Shown: piece after piece, positions 30,277-44,111 of the stretch
Numbering within the stretch: position 1 is the first letter of the stretch
Layout of the letters: every line of letters begins with the position of its first letter
Source of the DNA: an uncultured Phycisphaerales bacterium
Lineage (GTDB): Bacteria > Planctomycetota > Phycisphaerae > Tepidisphaerales > Tepidisphaeraceae
DNA: 64,000 bases
Assembly (NCBI GenBank): GCA_963758525.1
Contig: CAVWVQ010000003.1
Coordinates: forward strand, 288,001-352,000
Reading direction: 5' to 3'
The notes under the pieces: generated by a model
Seen by the model: only the letters and a program-made list of their open reading frames with translations
Told to the model about the DNA's origin: nothing
Databases searched by the model: none
Translations under genes and position numbers: made by a program

Positions 30277-31215
30277 TCATCGCTGCGAGAAGTAGACGGC
30301 ATAGCGATCATGCACCAGATCGGGCGTGTGCACCGGGCGGCTGTTCAGGGTCAGCAGGTTTGCGCCGGGGTCGAGGGTGAGGCGGTCGTTCATCAGAATA
30401 CGGCCGGAGTAGATGGTGCGGCCCGTGGTCAGGTCGCAGACCCACACCGTCCCGTCGCGGGCGGCGACGAAGTCGATGCGGTCGAAGCCTTCGGCGCGGC
30501 GGGTGGCATCGGCGGGCACGTCCGCGGGCCTGGCGCTTGAATCGATGCCGGGCGTTTCATCAGCCGAACGCCAGACGGGACGCTCGCTGCTGAAGAAAAT
30601 GCGGTGGTTGTCGGCGGCGACGGTCTCCTTGTAGACCGACTGGCTGTTAATGGTCATCAGATTTTTCTGAGGATCGACGACGATGATGTCGCCGCGATTA
30701 ACCGGCCCGGAGTAGAGAACGCGCTGCTGATCCTCGTCGGTAATCCAGATAAACCCGTCGCGCTGCGCGGTGTATTCCACGCGGGCCTTTCCTTCGCCGC
30801 CCACCAGCGCCGTCATCGGCACGCCGGCCGGGCGGGGCGTGGGCCGGTCACTGGCTGCAACCGCTTCTGGAGGCGGAGGCGCTGCGCCGGGGAGGAAGAA
30901 GACGTTGTGATCGACGTGATTCACATCCTTGTCCAACACCACCCGGTCATTGAGCAGCAATTTGCCGGTGTCGGGGTCGACCACCAGGCGATCGCCGGCG
31001 GCGACGGGGCCGGAGTAGAGGATGTCGCTGGCGCCCTCGGTAACCCATACGGTTCCCGGATCCGACGCGGTATAGACCAGCCGTTGATCTCCTTCGGTTT
31101 TGCTCATGGCCGCGGACGGAACGTCCTGCGGACGCGGGTTGGCGGCGCACCCGACCATGAGCATGCCGGCTAATCCTGTCGCGTACCAAGTGCCAATATG
31201 ACGTAAGTTTCGCAT
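30277..31215 (-). CDS. Lipoprotein with three copies of an unrecognised ~70-aa beta-rich domain
   Basis: Lipobox MVGC; repeat V.Y.A..DG.VW..D......LYSG.V..GD...VDP....L..N; GGAG RBS. Confidence 0.75.
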   Translation of the reverse strand: MRNLRHIGTWYATGLAGMLMVGCAANPRPQDVPSAAMSKTEGDQRLVYTASDPGTVWVTEGASDILYSGPVAAGDRLVVDPDTGKLLLNDRVVLDKDVNHVDHNVFFLPGAAPPPPEAVAASDRPTPRPAGVPMTALVGGEGKARVEYTAQRDGFIWITDEDQQRVLYSGPVNRGDIIVVDPQKNLMTINSQSVYKETVAADNHRIFFSSERPVWRSADETPGIDSSARPADVPADATRRAEGFDRIDFVAARDGTVWVCDLTTGRTIYSGRILMNDRLTLDPGANLLTLNSRPVHTPDLVHDRYAVYFSQR

Positions 31216-31414
31216 GAGGTGCTCCTTTTCGCTTTCGATGCAGTCTTCAGCAAAAGGAGCAATGCGAGTACCACGCGGTTCAACTCAGGCCCGCGCACTC
31301 GGCCTCCTGCGCGGTGGCTTCGGCCTGCTGGGTCAGCTTCTCAAGCGGGCTTTGTGGCGATTCGACACCCTCGCCGCCGAGGAACTTGTAGAGTCTGGAC
31401 CGACGGCAAGAATG

Positions 31415-34400
31415 CTACTTTCCATCCAGCGAATCCAGATACGCGATCAGGTTTGCCAGGTCGGCGGGAGTTACCTTGACAACCAAGCCTTCAGGCATCA
31501 TCGACGTGTCGCGCTTTCCCCGCTTCTTGATGTCGTCGGTCTTGATGATGGTGCTCACGCCGGCGGGAGTGTGAACTTCGATCTGGTCGGCCCCCTCTTT
31601 AACGACGAAGCCTTCGATAACGTCGCCGGCCTTGGTCTTGAACCATTGGGTCTCGAACCCCTGGGCGATCCTGGCGCTGGGCTTCATGATCGACTCGCAC
31701 AATTCGGCATTGCTGTACCGGCCGGAGATTCCGCCCAGCATCGGGCCCTTGGGGGGCTCGCGGAGTGGTGGTGTGACAGGCGATGCATCCCAAGCGCTGG
31801 AATAACTCGCGGCCGTGGGCGGGGTCGCCTTTGGTCTTGAGCACCAGGGCCACGACGTCTTCATACTTCATGGATTCGATGAGCGGGCCTTTGGCGACCG
31901 TTCCGTTGAGACCCAGTTGCTCGGCCGCGAATGCCGCGGCCTTGGCGACATCGGGACGACGGTCCTTCAGCATGGCGCGAACTTTGTCGTCGTACCCCTC
32001 AGCATGAACTCGGGCGACGGCCAGGAGCAGCGGCGCATCGTTTTCGGGCGACAGCCAGCCGGCGGCGACAGCGCTGGTTGCGGCGGTCTTGTTCTCGCCC
32101 TGCACGAGGCGGCTCTCTGACAGATTCAGCAGGACGGCAAAAGCCAGCTCGCGCTTGGCGGGTTCCTTGGACGCGGCAAGGTTCTGGAAGAACTTGATGT
32201 GACGCGCGAACTCGGGGCTGCGAATGAATTCGTCCAACTCGTTGACCAGCTCCGGCGGGGCCGCGGGGTCATTCAGCAGCGGCGCCAGGGCGTCGGCGGC
32301 GTCACCCATCGACCCGCTGTTGCCGCTGTCCCGCGCCAAAGCCCGAATCGCGTTGGCGCGCAGCGAAGGCTCGGCATGTTGATTGACGGCGACGGCATGC
32401 AGCGCCGCCTGCTGGCCTGGCTCGAGGGTGCGATTCAGCGTTGAGAGCATCTCCACGAGAATCTTCTGAAACCCCGCGTCGCTGGCTGCCGCCTTGGCGA
32501 TCAGATCGGGCAGCTCGGGGAAGTCGATCTTGTGCTTCTCGAGATTGACGATCAGGCCGCGGACAATTTGCGGATCTTCATGCGACAGCGCATTGCGCAG
32601 CGCCTCTTTGACCTTTGCAGTCTGATCCCATTCGGCGTTCTGGAAGTAGGGACCGGAAGTATCGGGGCGCGTGCCCCACCACTGCTTGCCGTCCCAATCG
32701 GCCTCGCGATAACAAAGCCGGCAGAGGGCTTCGTATGCCTGATCGCGCACGGCGAGGTCCTTCAGTGCCGGGATGCGGGCGATCAATCCGCTGACGACCC
32801 TGGGATCGTGGATCTGCTTCAAGACATGCAGTGCGCCGGCCGTGAGCTGCGGACTGGTGGAGGGCTCCACGGCGCCGAGGCAGACGTCGATCGCGTTCAG
32901 ATGCACCATCGCGTTGGTCGCAACGTGAGAGACAAGGAAGTCGGGATCGGCGGTGAGGGGGAGAATCGCGGCGGCGGCTTCGGCGTGTCCGAGCCGGCCG
33001 AGGCCCCAGGCGGCCACGAGCCGAACGCGCGGGCTCGCGTCCGTGAGGGCGTCGAGAAACGGCTTGGACGGAACCGCCGGATCGTCTTTCTTATCGATCA
33101 ATGCCCGCAGCGCAACTCGCGCAGTTCCGAATTGGCGGATGCGACGAGGGCCAGCGTCGCGTCGGCGGCGTCCTGGCGCAGGAGCTTGAGGGTGAAGACC
33201 GCGGCGACCCGCACGGGCAGCGACTCGCCGGACTCAATCAGCTTGGCCAGGCCGGCGTCGAACCCGGGATTATCGCCGCGGCGGATCATCTCTCTCTGCG
33301 CCGCCAGCCGCTGCACCTGGCTTGGGGATGCGAGATAGCTCAGGAGTTGCCCGTCGCTGGCGGCCCGCATGTCCGGGAAGGCGGGCGCGGTGTAATTTTT
33401 GGGGGCAAGTCGGAGCACATAACCGACATTGGGGACACTGTACTGGAACCCGCCGTTGGCCCACGAGGAGGCGAAGAGATGGCTTTCGCCGTCGACGTCA
33501 AGGTCGGTTCCGCGCGGCAGATCCATGAACTTTGCGAACCCGGCTTTGAAGTTTGCGCCGGCGGGCGTCAGCGGATGACGATCGATCTGGCTGTTGCCCC
33601 ACTCGACAGTGAACAACCCGCCGGGAAGTCCGGGTTCGTCGACAAAGAGTGATCCGCACGGAGCGACCGCCGCCGTAGTCGGCGAGGCAATCGACAAACT
33701 CGCCGGGGAAATGCATGAACCGGCTGGGGTAGCCGTAGTAGCCGGTGGGCACGATGTAGGCGAGACGGTCGTTCCAGTTGTCGCCATCATTAGTATTGTC
33801 GCGGGTGAGGACGTTCATGAGGGGATCGACCGCGATGTCGTAGATGTTGCGGTGCCCGTACGAATAGACCTCCAGCCCCGAGCCATCGGGGCGGATGCGC
33901 AGGATGCCGCCGTAGTGAAACGTGAGCTGGGTCCCATCTTTGGCGATGGCTTTGGGACATCCAAAATCGCCGACGGCGATGTAGAGCCAGCCATCGATGC
34001 CAAGGCGAATGCCATTGGTGGTGTGATCCGCGCCGCGGCTGGCCACCATCGTCGGATTGCTGATTCCCGTCACAAGATCTTCCGAACGATTAGCGGTTCC
34101 CGTGTGATTGTCGTCGTAATAGACAGACAGGAATGGCGGGTGCAGAACATAGAGCTTTCCATCGTCCCAGATCATCCCGCGCGGATGATCGACCTCGGTG
34201 AAGACGTTGAACTGATCGGCAACGCCGTTGTGTTTGGAGTCAATGGCGCGAATGATGCGTCCCTTTCCCGGCGCAGGCCGAGCGAACCGTCTTCGTCGAT
34301 ACCGATGAAGAGCGTGCCGGTCGGCGTTGCCGCGATACACGTGACATAGGAAACGTTCGGCGGCGCCGCGAAGACGGTCATATCGAATCCGGGCGGGGCT

Positions 34401-34953
34401 TTGAGATTGCTCGGAGACGCAGTCCCCTTGTGTCGCACCCGGCGGCCACCATCTCCTTGCCGAACACTTCAAAGCTGAAGACGCTGGCCCACGCGCCCGT
34501 GGGGAGTTTGACCACGTTCAGACGCACGTAGCGAATGCCGGAGGCATCGAACGCGAGCCGGCGTTCCTGCGGCCCGGCGGGCGCATCCGACTGGTCGGAC
34601 AAGACCTTCCAGTTCGCGGCATCAGTTGAACCCTCAATCCTGTAGCCATACGCAGTGTCGGCGCCCTCCCAAACGATTCGGCACCCCGTGAGATCCTGCG
34701 GCTTGCCCAGATCGACCTGCAGCCACTGCGGCGCGGAGCCATCGCTGGCGCTCCAGCGCGTTTCGGGGTCGCCGTCAAAGGCCATTCCCGGCAGTAATTG
34801 TTCACCCTGACTGCTCGAAGCGCTGGCGCTCTTGCCGGCGGCGAGGTCAAGGGGAACCATCTTCGACTTGTCGGACTTTTCCGCGCCGAAAGCGAAGGAA
34901 CAGAGAAGAGACGAAAGCGCGAACAGAAAGAGAATTGGTGGCCGGCGCAGCAT
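31415..34953 (-). CDS. Large PVC-type heme-binding CxxCH protein with N-terminal discoidin (F5/8 type C) domain; several frameshifts
   Basis: AFDGD..TRW...QWLQVDLG; RGADHTTNG, G.RNIYD, RDNTNDG; HEAT repeats; CIACH; SMMPEGL. Confidence 0.85.
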
Positions 34954-35291
34954 GTGCAACTTCTCCGCGTGTGATGTCCCCCGCCCGCTGGTTGGTATGG
35001 AAACAGAACAGCGGGGCTGTTGCAAGATACTGGCGTATTAAGAACTCATTGGGGCGTGCCGAAGCGAAGGGAAATTCTGTGACTGCCACCTCGTGCGCTG
35101 GGATACGCTGACGGGAGGTGACGGAAGGATGGGCCGCGAAGGGCAAGCCACGGCGGTGATGCTGGCGAGTTCGACGCGATGCGGCGTCCGAGTTCAAGCC
35201 GCAACTCGCAACTGGAGGCTGCTCGATGCGCGTTTCGCGGTTGTCTTCATGCGCTGCCTCTTCCCCTCGCGTGCGCCGAACGCGCCGAAGA

Positions 35292-36607
35292 TCATTCTGC
35301 GCGTATCGTCCGCACCCCGTCATAATTCAGAATCTTGTCGTCTGCGGTGACTAGGCTCTGTCTGACGGATCGAGAACCCTCAGGTATTTCAGCATGATAG
35401 CGAGTTTGGCGAAGCTCAAGAAGTTAAGAGCCAGCTTCTCATAGCGTGTTCCCAGCCGACGACATTCCTTGAGCCATCCGATAGCACACTCGATGCGGCT
35501 TCGTTTGCGGTAGCTGCTTTTATCGAATCGCTCGCCCTTTGGTCGTGGCTGATTGGATTTGCGCGGGATGACGGCTTCGATCCCGCAATCGGCCAGGAAC
35601 TGGCGAACGGTTTCGTAGCTGTACCCTTTGTCGCCCGCGATCTTCCCCGGCCAGCCGATGTGCAGGGGCGCTGCACCGCGTGCATCACCTTGTGGAGCTG
35701 CGTGGATTCGTGCGTTTGCCCCGCGGTAACGGTGACGGCGAGCACAAGGCCCTTTCCGTCAGTAACCACGTGGAACTTTGATCCCCATCCGCCGCGCGAG
35801 CGGCCCAGCGCGTGGTCGGCCGGTTCGAAGTCGAGGCCGCGCCCCCTTTTGCGCGCCCGGCGGCAGCGCGAGAAGCACGCACATTGGAGCCGTCGACGAG
35901 CCAGAGATCCCAATCGATCTTGCCCTCCTTGTTGAGTCGAATCCGCAGTGCTTTGAGGATGCGATCGAAGAAGCCTTCGCGCCGCCAGCGGTTGAAGCGA
36001 TCATAGACGCTCTTCCATTTCCCGTAGCGTTCGGGCATGTCTCGCCATGGAGCTCCGGAGCGAAGAATCCAGAGCATCCCATTGAGCGTGATGCGGTGGT
36101 CGTTCCATCGTCCGCCACGTTTTTGTACGGGGAAAAGTGCCTTGATCAGGTTCCAGTGATCATCCGTGAGTTCATAGTGCGCCATGTGTCCTCCATGTGG
36201 AGAACATCATGACGATCATAGAAGAATGCGCAACACCTAACGAGCGCCGAACATTCGATCCGTCAGACAGAGCCTAGTTCGGCGGCCAAACTACGCGCGA
36301 GCGCGACGATCAGTCGATCCGCCGGATCGCGATGAAAATCTCCTGGCAGGGTGGTGGAATCCAGGCATAAAGAATCGGTTAGGGGTTCGACACAAATCTG
36401 CTCGGCGTTTTGAGCAATCCCAAGCCAATGCCGTGCCGAGGGCCGCAGCGCCAGACGGTTGAGTGAAACCGCTGTCGCAATCTCAAGCAGCGAGATCGCG
36501 GACACGCGCACATCGGTCTCCGAGTCAATTTGATCACGCACTGATCGTTTCAATCTCGGATGATCGTCAACCCACCAAATCCACGCGTGGGTGTCCAGCA
36601 CTATCAC
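35292..36607 (-). pseudogene. vapC: VapC PIN-domain toxin interrupted by IS5
   Basis: IVLDTHAWIWW...S..EI...HRDPADRLIVA.A...EL, then IS, then VTADDKILNYDGVRTIRAE* at 35354-35292. Confidence 0.85.
35354..36274 (-). mobile_element. IS5 family insertion sequence (two-frame transposase)
   Basis: 20-bp TIR GGCTCTGTCTGACGGATCGA, duplicated CTAG/TA target; LTD..W..I, LRSGAPWRD.P..YG.W, D.S, GRSRGG..SK.H, GDKGY, Y..RSRIE. Confidence 0.95.
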
Positions 36608-36831
36608 TTCAACATCTCCCAACACTCAGGCGGAATCATGGGCTCGCATGGATCCTCGAACCGCTCTACTCCCCCTTGGAGCAGGCGACGGACCTCATGA
36701 ATGGGAACACGGCCCTTGGTGGCCACATGCATCTCGGTCACCAGAATCTGTACACGTTGTCCATCTGCAAATGGAAGCTGAGAGAGCTCTACCTTTCCCC
36801 CGCGAACAATGGCATCGTTGATTTGATGCAT
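36604..36831 (-). CDS. Small acidic antitoxin-like protein upstream of vapC
   Basis: 75 aa, GTGA overlap with vapC, tail FEDP.EP....W typical of VapB-type partners. Confidence 0.7.
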   Translation of the reverse strand: MHQINDAIVRGGKVELSQLPFADGQRVQILVTEMHVATKGRVPIHEVRRLLQGGVERFEDPCEPMIPPECWEMLK

Positions 36832-36875
36832 CGCTGAATTCTACAGCGCGCCAATCCGCCAGGCAAAGGCGGGCA

Positions 36876-37062
36876 TCATTGCTCAAGGGCATTGAGGTAC
36901 GGGGACAACGCTTTCTCAAACCGAATGATCGCATCGATCATCTGATCATGGGTGCGCGACCAGTTGACCTCATCTTCCAAAGAGCCACCTTCCAAGTCGT
37001 ATCGAATCCGACATGCGTCTTTATTATCCAGACGTTGCGAACCAAGCGGCGATCCGAAGCGC
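36876..37062 (-). pseudogene. C-terminal remnant resembling DUF4268 proteins
   Basis: RLDNKDACRI.......ED...W......MIDAIIRFEKAL.PYL; no credible start. Confidence 0.45.
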
Positions 37063-37066
37063 TTAG

Positions 37067-37492
37067 TTAGTCCCGGTTGCAGCGGAGCGTTCCCGCGCAC
37101 AGTTCGCATTCGAATTTGTGCTCCGCGCACCAGTCGGCGCGCTTTGCCAACAGGTCGAGAATCAGGTCGTCGATGCCGAGTGTCGGCGCGACGTGGTAGG
37201 TGGTGGCGGGAAAATTGGCGGCGGCATCGGCGGTCAGCCGGGGGATGTCCTGCGTCCAGTGCTTGCCGGGGCCGAGGAAGAAGGGAACGACGACGACGCG
37301 CTGGGCGCCGCGCTGGACGCAGCGGGCGTAGGCCGACGCGATCGACGGCTCGGCGATTTCCATGTGGGCCGGCTCGACAATCTCGAACTTCCCGGGGAAT
37401 CGCGCGGCGAAGAGACGCGCGACCTGCTCGAGCATCTGATTGCTCTCGTCGCGACGCGAGCCATGATCCACGATGATGATGCCGGTTTGCAT
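37067..37492 (-). CDS. cbiX: Sirohydrochlorin chelatase CbiX/SirB (short form)
   Basis: VDHGSR...SN, AHMEIAEPSI, VPFFL.PGKH...DIP. Confidence 0.88.
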   Translation of the reverse strand: MQTGIIIVDHGSRRDESNQMLEQVARLFAARFPGKFEIVEPAHMEIAEPSIASAYARCVQRGAQRVVVVPFFLGPGKHWTQDIPRLTADAAANFPATTYHVAPTLGIDDLILDLLAKRADWCAEHKFECELCAGTLRCNRD

Positions 37493-37509
37493 AATAGCTC
37501 TTTCATGAC

Positions 37510-37718
37510 GCGGGGCGGGATGTATTCCGCCACGTTCTCACAAGGCCTGAGGTTTTTCGAAGATCACTGCGACTCTCAAATCCCGCGGCGGGATGAATCC
37601 CGCCCTACACACTTTCCGAGTAGGGCGGGATTTATCCCGCCGGGTTCTCACAAGGCCTGAGGTTGTCGAAGACCACTGCGACTCCCAAATGCTACGGCGG
37701 GATGAATCCCGCCCTACA
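37510..37718. repeat. Cluster of GTAG-type REP palindromes (GTAGGGCGGGATT.ATCCCGCC) with duplicated spacer
   Basis: Copies at ~37514, 37586, 37620 and 37695; TTCTCACAAGGCCTGAGGTT...CGAAGA.CACTGCGACTC occurs twice. Confidence 0.8.
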
Positions 37719-37726
37719 TATTTTCG

Positions 37727-39574
37727 CTAATCTGATCTTCTCGCCGCGAGGGTCGCGTGCAGTTCGATGCGGTTTTTGCCGCGGAGAACACCCAGCGCGA
37801 CCTGATCGCCCGGCTTGGCTTTGGCCAACTGGTCGGAGAGGTCGTAGAGCGTGTCAATTTTGTCTTTGCCAAACTGGACGATGACATCGCCGGCCACAAG
37901 TCCGGCGGCGGCCGCGGGGGAATTGGGGACAGTGCCGCTGATGAGGACGCCCTTGGTTTGCGTGTCGATTCCGTTGCTGTAATCGGGAACGACGCCGAGC
38001 GTCGCGCCGGCGCCGCCGGGCATTCCCAGGTGCATGCCGCCGGTGGAATCGCTGGCGTCGACGTATTTCTCACGCGGGAGATCGATCATGCCGCTGACGA
38101 TCCGCTCGGCGAACTGCGCGACCTGCGCCATTCCATCGAAGTTGATTTTGTCGGCCTTGTCGGAGGGGCGATGGTAGTCGGCATGCATGCCGCTGAAGAG
38201 AAACAGCACCGGCACATGCTTGAGCGCGAAGGACATGTGATCGCTGGGCCCGTATCCGCCTCGACCGAAGGTGCGCAGATCAAATGACAACCCTTCGTCT
38301 GCTTTTTTCAGCAGCGCATCGAAATCCACCGCGGTTCCGGCGCCGCCGATGTAGAGAATGTTGTTGCGCACGCGGCCGACCATGTCGAGATTCAGATCGA
38401 AAACGATCTGATCGGCCGGCACCAATGGGTGATTCGTGAAATAAGCCGACCCGATCAATCCCTCTTCCTCGGCGGTCCAGGCGGCAAAGACGAGCGTGCG
38501 GCGCTGCGGTCCGGCATGGGCGAAATAATCCGCCACGGCAAGCATCGTGGTGGTTCCCGAAGCGTTGTCATCGGCGCCGTTAAAGATCGCGTGCGATCCA
38601 GGGGCAAGACTTCCGGGCCCGCCGTGGCCGAGATGATCGTAATGCGCGCCGACGAAGACAACCTCCGACGCAAGCGGGCCGGCGCCCGGCAGCATCGCCA
38701 GCACGTTGCGCAGGTCCTTCCTGGTCCGCTGGAGCACGACGGTTCCCGTCGCGCGGACGTTTTGCAGCGCGATGCTGGCCGGACTGGTGTTGGCGTCGAT
38801 CATCGCTTGCAGCGTCTTGAGGTCTTTCGCACCCCCCGCCTTGAGCCACGCATCCGCGATCGGACGGCGCACCTGGACGATCGGGATCGGCGCCTCTGGC
38901 GCGCGCATGCCGCGCGAGAACGTGTCGTACAGCACGTCGCCGGCGTGATATGTCGGGGGATTTACCACCACCAGCGCCAGGGCCCCGCGCTTCGCCGCCT
39001 CCTTCGCCTTGTTGAGAATCGCGGCGTGGTCCGACCAGTCCTCCTTCGCGAATCGGCTCGTCCCCTGCGGGTTATGCGGCTCGAACCGCAGAACGAGAAC
39101 GATCTTCCCCTTCACGTCGATCCCGGCGAAGTCGTCGTAGGCGTTCTCGGTGCTGGCGATTCCGTAGCCGGCAAAAACGACCGGCCCGTCGAATGTGCCG
39201 ACCCCCGAATTTCCGGGAACGCCGAAATCCACGTCCGCCTTGTATGTCTGATCGCCAGACCTCAAAAATGTCTGCGGGTCGATCGAGATGTCGGTGGTCA
39301 GCGAGAATCGCTGGAAATAGTCCTTCTGCCCGGGCAACGGCTGCAACCCCAGCTTGCGGAAATTCTCGGCAATCAAGTCCCCCGCCAGCGCGATTCCCGG
39401 CGTGCCGATCATCCGTCCCTCGAGCGCATCGGAAGCGAGGTAGTTCAGCGTGGATTTCATGTCCACGTGGTAAGCCGGCTGAGTCGCTGCGGGTTCCGCG
39501 GCCGCTGGCGCAGTGGTTGGCGGCACGGAGATTGAGCTGCACACGAGCAGCGGGGCGAGCCAGATTAGTTGCAT
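37727..39574 (-). CDS. M28 family aminopeptidase with PA and PDZ domains
   Basis: LASD.LEGR, GAHYDHLG, GADDNASG, AEEEGLIGS, NLDMVG, SDH..F, DYH.P.D, C-terminal PDZ. Confidence 0.92.
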   Translation of the reverse strand: MQLIWLAPLLVCSSISVPPTTAPAAAEPAATQPAYHVDMKSTLNYLASDALEGRMIGTPGIALAGDLIAENFRKLGLQPLPGQKDYFQRFSLTTDISIDPQTFLRSGDQTYKADVDFGVPGNSGVGTFDGPVVFAGYGIASTENAYDDFAGIDVKGKIVLVLRFEPHNPQGTSRFAKEDWSDHAAILNKAKEAAKRGALALVVVNPPTYHAGDVLYDTFSRGMRAPEAPIPIVQVRRPIADAWLKAGGAKDLKTLQAMIDANTSPASIALQNVRATGTVVLQRTRKDLRNVLAMLPGAGPLASEVVFVGAHYDHLGHGGPGSLAPGSHAIFNGADDNASGTTTMLAVADYFAHAGPQRRTLVFAAWTAEEEGLIGSAYFTNHPLVPADQIVFDLNLDMVGRVRNNILYIGGAGTAVDFDALLKKADEGLSFDLRTFGRGGYGPSDHMSFALKHVPVLFLFSGMHADYHRPSDKADKINFDGMAQVAQFAERIVSGMIDLPREKYVDASDSTGGMHLGMPGGAGATLGVVPDYSNGIDTQTKGVLISGTVPNSPAAAAGLVAGDVIVQFGKDKIDTLYDLSDQLAKAKPGDQVALGVLRGKNRIELHATLAARRSD

Positions 39575-39626
39575 GCGGAGTTCCTCAAGACGGCGGATTG
39601 TATGCGCGAAACGGGGGGCACCAAAT

Positions 39627-39800
39627 AGGGTTCAGGGTTCAGGGTTCAGGCTTCAGGGTTCAGGGTTCAGTTTCAGGAAATGTCCAAGGGCCAATGGCCA
39701 ACAAAGCACCAAGCCCCAGGGCCCAGGTTGGTGTTCCCGCATTGGTCATTGCGGCTATTGCGGCTTGGGATTTTGTTGGCCATTGGGCATTGGACATTTC
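39627..39800. repeat. (AGGGTTC)n heptamer array followed by a long imperfect inverted repeat
   Basis: 39627-39670 heptamers; GAAATGTCCAAGGGCCAATGGCCAACAAA...TTTGTTGGCCATTGGGCATTGGACATTTC 39677-39800. Confidence 0.8.
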
Positions 39801-39964
39801 TTCGTGAGCAGAAAGAGTTCGAGCTTCCAAAGCATGCCCCCCCGGAAAATGGGGCACGCCAAACGGGAGAGTTCCGTCTTGACGCATTGAACATGGTGTA
39901 TCTGGCCAGTAACATCCGGGGGTGCTGCTTCTCGAATCGGGGAAACCTGGAGGAAACTAATCGC

Positions 39965-42622
<2,658 letters not shown>

Positions 42623-42631
42623 CGACGCCGT

Positions 42632-42738
42632 CGTGGCACGGGCATGTTGCCCGTGCTGCCGCATGGGCATAAAAAGCCCACGGTATTGAAATCTTCTTTT
42701 TCTCCGCGTCGCTAACACGGGCAGGATGCCCGTGCCAC
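42632..42738. repeat. REP doublet GTGGCACGGGCAT.TTGCCCGTG / CACGGGCAGGATGCCCGTGCCAC
   Basis: Inverted pair downstream of hppA. Confidence 0.8.
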
Positions 42739-42813
42739 TGCCTTGACACTCTCGCGGCTCACTCTGATACTTCCCCGGCGATCAATACCGATGGAAATGC
42801 GCAGGAGTTCAGG

Positions 42814-44034
42814 TTGAAACGAGCGGCAGGCGGTTGTTGCATGGCAGCGATGCTGTTGGCGGGTTGCGCGGAGAGCGCGCCCTCCAGCGAGCACGCGCGG
42901 GTGGTCGCTTCGCCGGCGGCTACGAAGCCGACGCTGGTCACGCCGGCGCCGACGATCGCGCCGAATCCGCTGGATCGGCCGGTGGCGCATCTCAACGGGG
43001 AGCCGTTTCCGCTTTCCAAGCTCATGGGGCCGTTGATCGAGTCGCACGGCCTGACCGTGCTGGTCAATCTTCTGCAGGTCCAGCAGGCGAAGGAAGATGC
43101 CGCCAAGGCGGGAATTACCGTTACGGACGCGGACTTTAAAGCCGAGCGGGCATCGACGCTGAGCGGGATGTTCAAGGACGCATCGGATCAATTGCAGGCG
43201 CAGATCGACCAGGCCGACGCGAAGAACGACACGGCCGAAGTTGCGCGGCTGACTGCGGAAATGGACCGCGAGCAGAGCCAGTTGCTGGATCAGTTTCTCA
43301 AGCAGCAGCACATCAGCCCGCCGGAATTCCAGATGATCCTGCAGATCAACACGTATCTGCGGAAGATTGCGGAGCCGGCCGTGAAGCGCTCGATCAACGA
43401 GGCGGCGATTCACGACGCGTTCAACCAGTTGTACGGCGAGACCGTGCTGGTGAAGATCATTCAGGTTGCCAATCAGGCGGACGTAGCGACGGCCCAGCGC
43501 CGGCTGGCGCGGGGCGACAAATTCGAGGATGTCGCTTTTTCCATGAGCATCGACCGCCTGTCGGGACAGCAGGGAGGCGAGATCCCGCGCTTCAGCCGGC
43601 AGGCGCCGGGGCATCCGGAAAACTTCAAGGATGTCGCCTTCAGTCTCCAGCCGGGGCAGGTGTCGGACCCGGTGGAATCGAGCGGCTCGTTTTATCTGAT
43701 CAAAATGATCGATCGGTTCGCGCCGCGGGCCGTGAAATATGAAACAGTGCATGATGCCGTGAAACGGCAGCTCTTTGACGCCGCGGTCAAAGCGGCGGTG
43801 AAGGTGCTGCGTGAGGATCTGGCCCGCCGGGTTCTGCAGGGCCTGAAAATTGATGATCCGGTGCTCAGCGAGCAGTTCGACCAGCGCGTCGAGGATCGCG
43901 AAGCCCGGGCGAAAGACCGCCAGAAGATCCGCGAAGACCTGGACCGCCAGCGGCAGAACACCACCGCGCCAGCAACGGCTCCCGCGCCGGCGGCTACCGG
44001 GGCGGCAGCTACGCAGCCCGCCGCGGGACAATAA
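42814..44034 (+). CDS. PpiC-type peptidyl-prolyl isomerase / foldase lipoprotein
   Basis: LAGC lipobox; G..FEDVA...S.D..S...GG, AF.L.PG.VS.PV. Confidence 0.85.
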   Translation: MKRAAGGCCMAAMLLAGCAESAPSSEHARVVASPAATKPTLVTPAPTIAPNPLDRPVAHLNGEPFPLSKLMGPLIESHGLTVLVNLLQVQQAKEDAAKAGITVTDADFKAERASTLSGMFKDASDQLQAQIDQADAKNDTAEVARLTAEMDREQSQLLDQFLKQQHISPPEFQMILQINTYLRKIAEPAVKRSINEAAIHDAFNQLYGETVLVKIIQVANQADVATAQRRLARGDKFEDVAFSMSIDRLSGQQGGEIPRFSRQAPGHPENFKDVAFSLQPGQVSDPVESSGSFYLIKMIDRFAPRAVKYETVHDAVKRQLFDAAVKAAVKVLREDLARRVLQGLKIDDPVLSEQFDQRVEDREARAKDRQKIREDLDRQRQNTTAPATAPAPAATGAAATQPAAGQ

Positions 44035-44111
44035 GTCCCCGGCGGGCGGAACCGGCTACAATACCCCCGTCAACGATCCTTTTCTTTTTCTTTTTCACGC
44101 ACGAGCATTCC

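Noticed and set aside
39680..39964. 95-aa N-terminal extension of hppA in the ORF track
   Set aside because: Derived from the upstream inverted repeat; the GGAGG RBS supports a start at 39965
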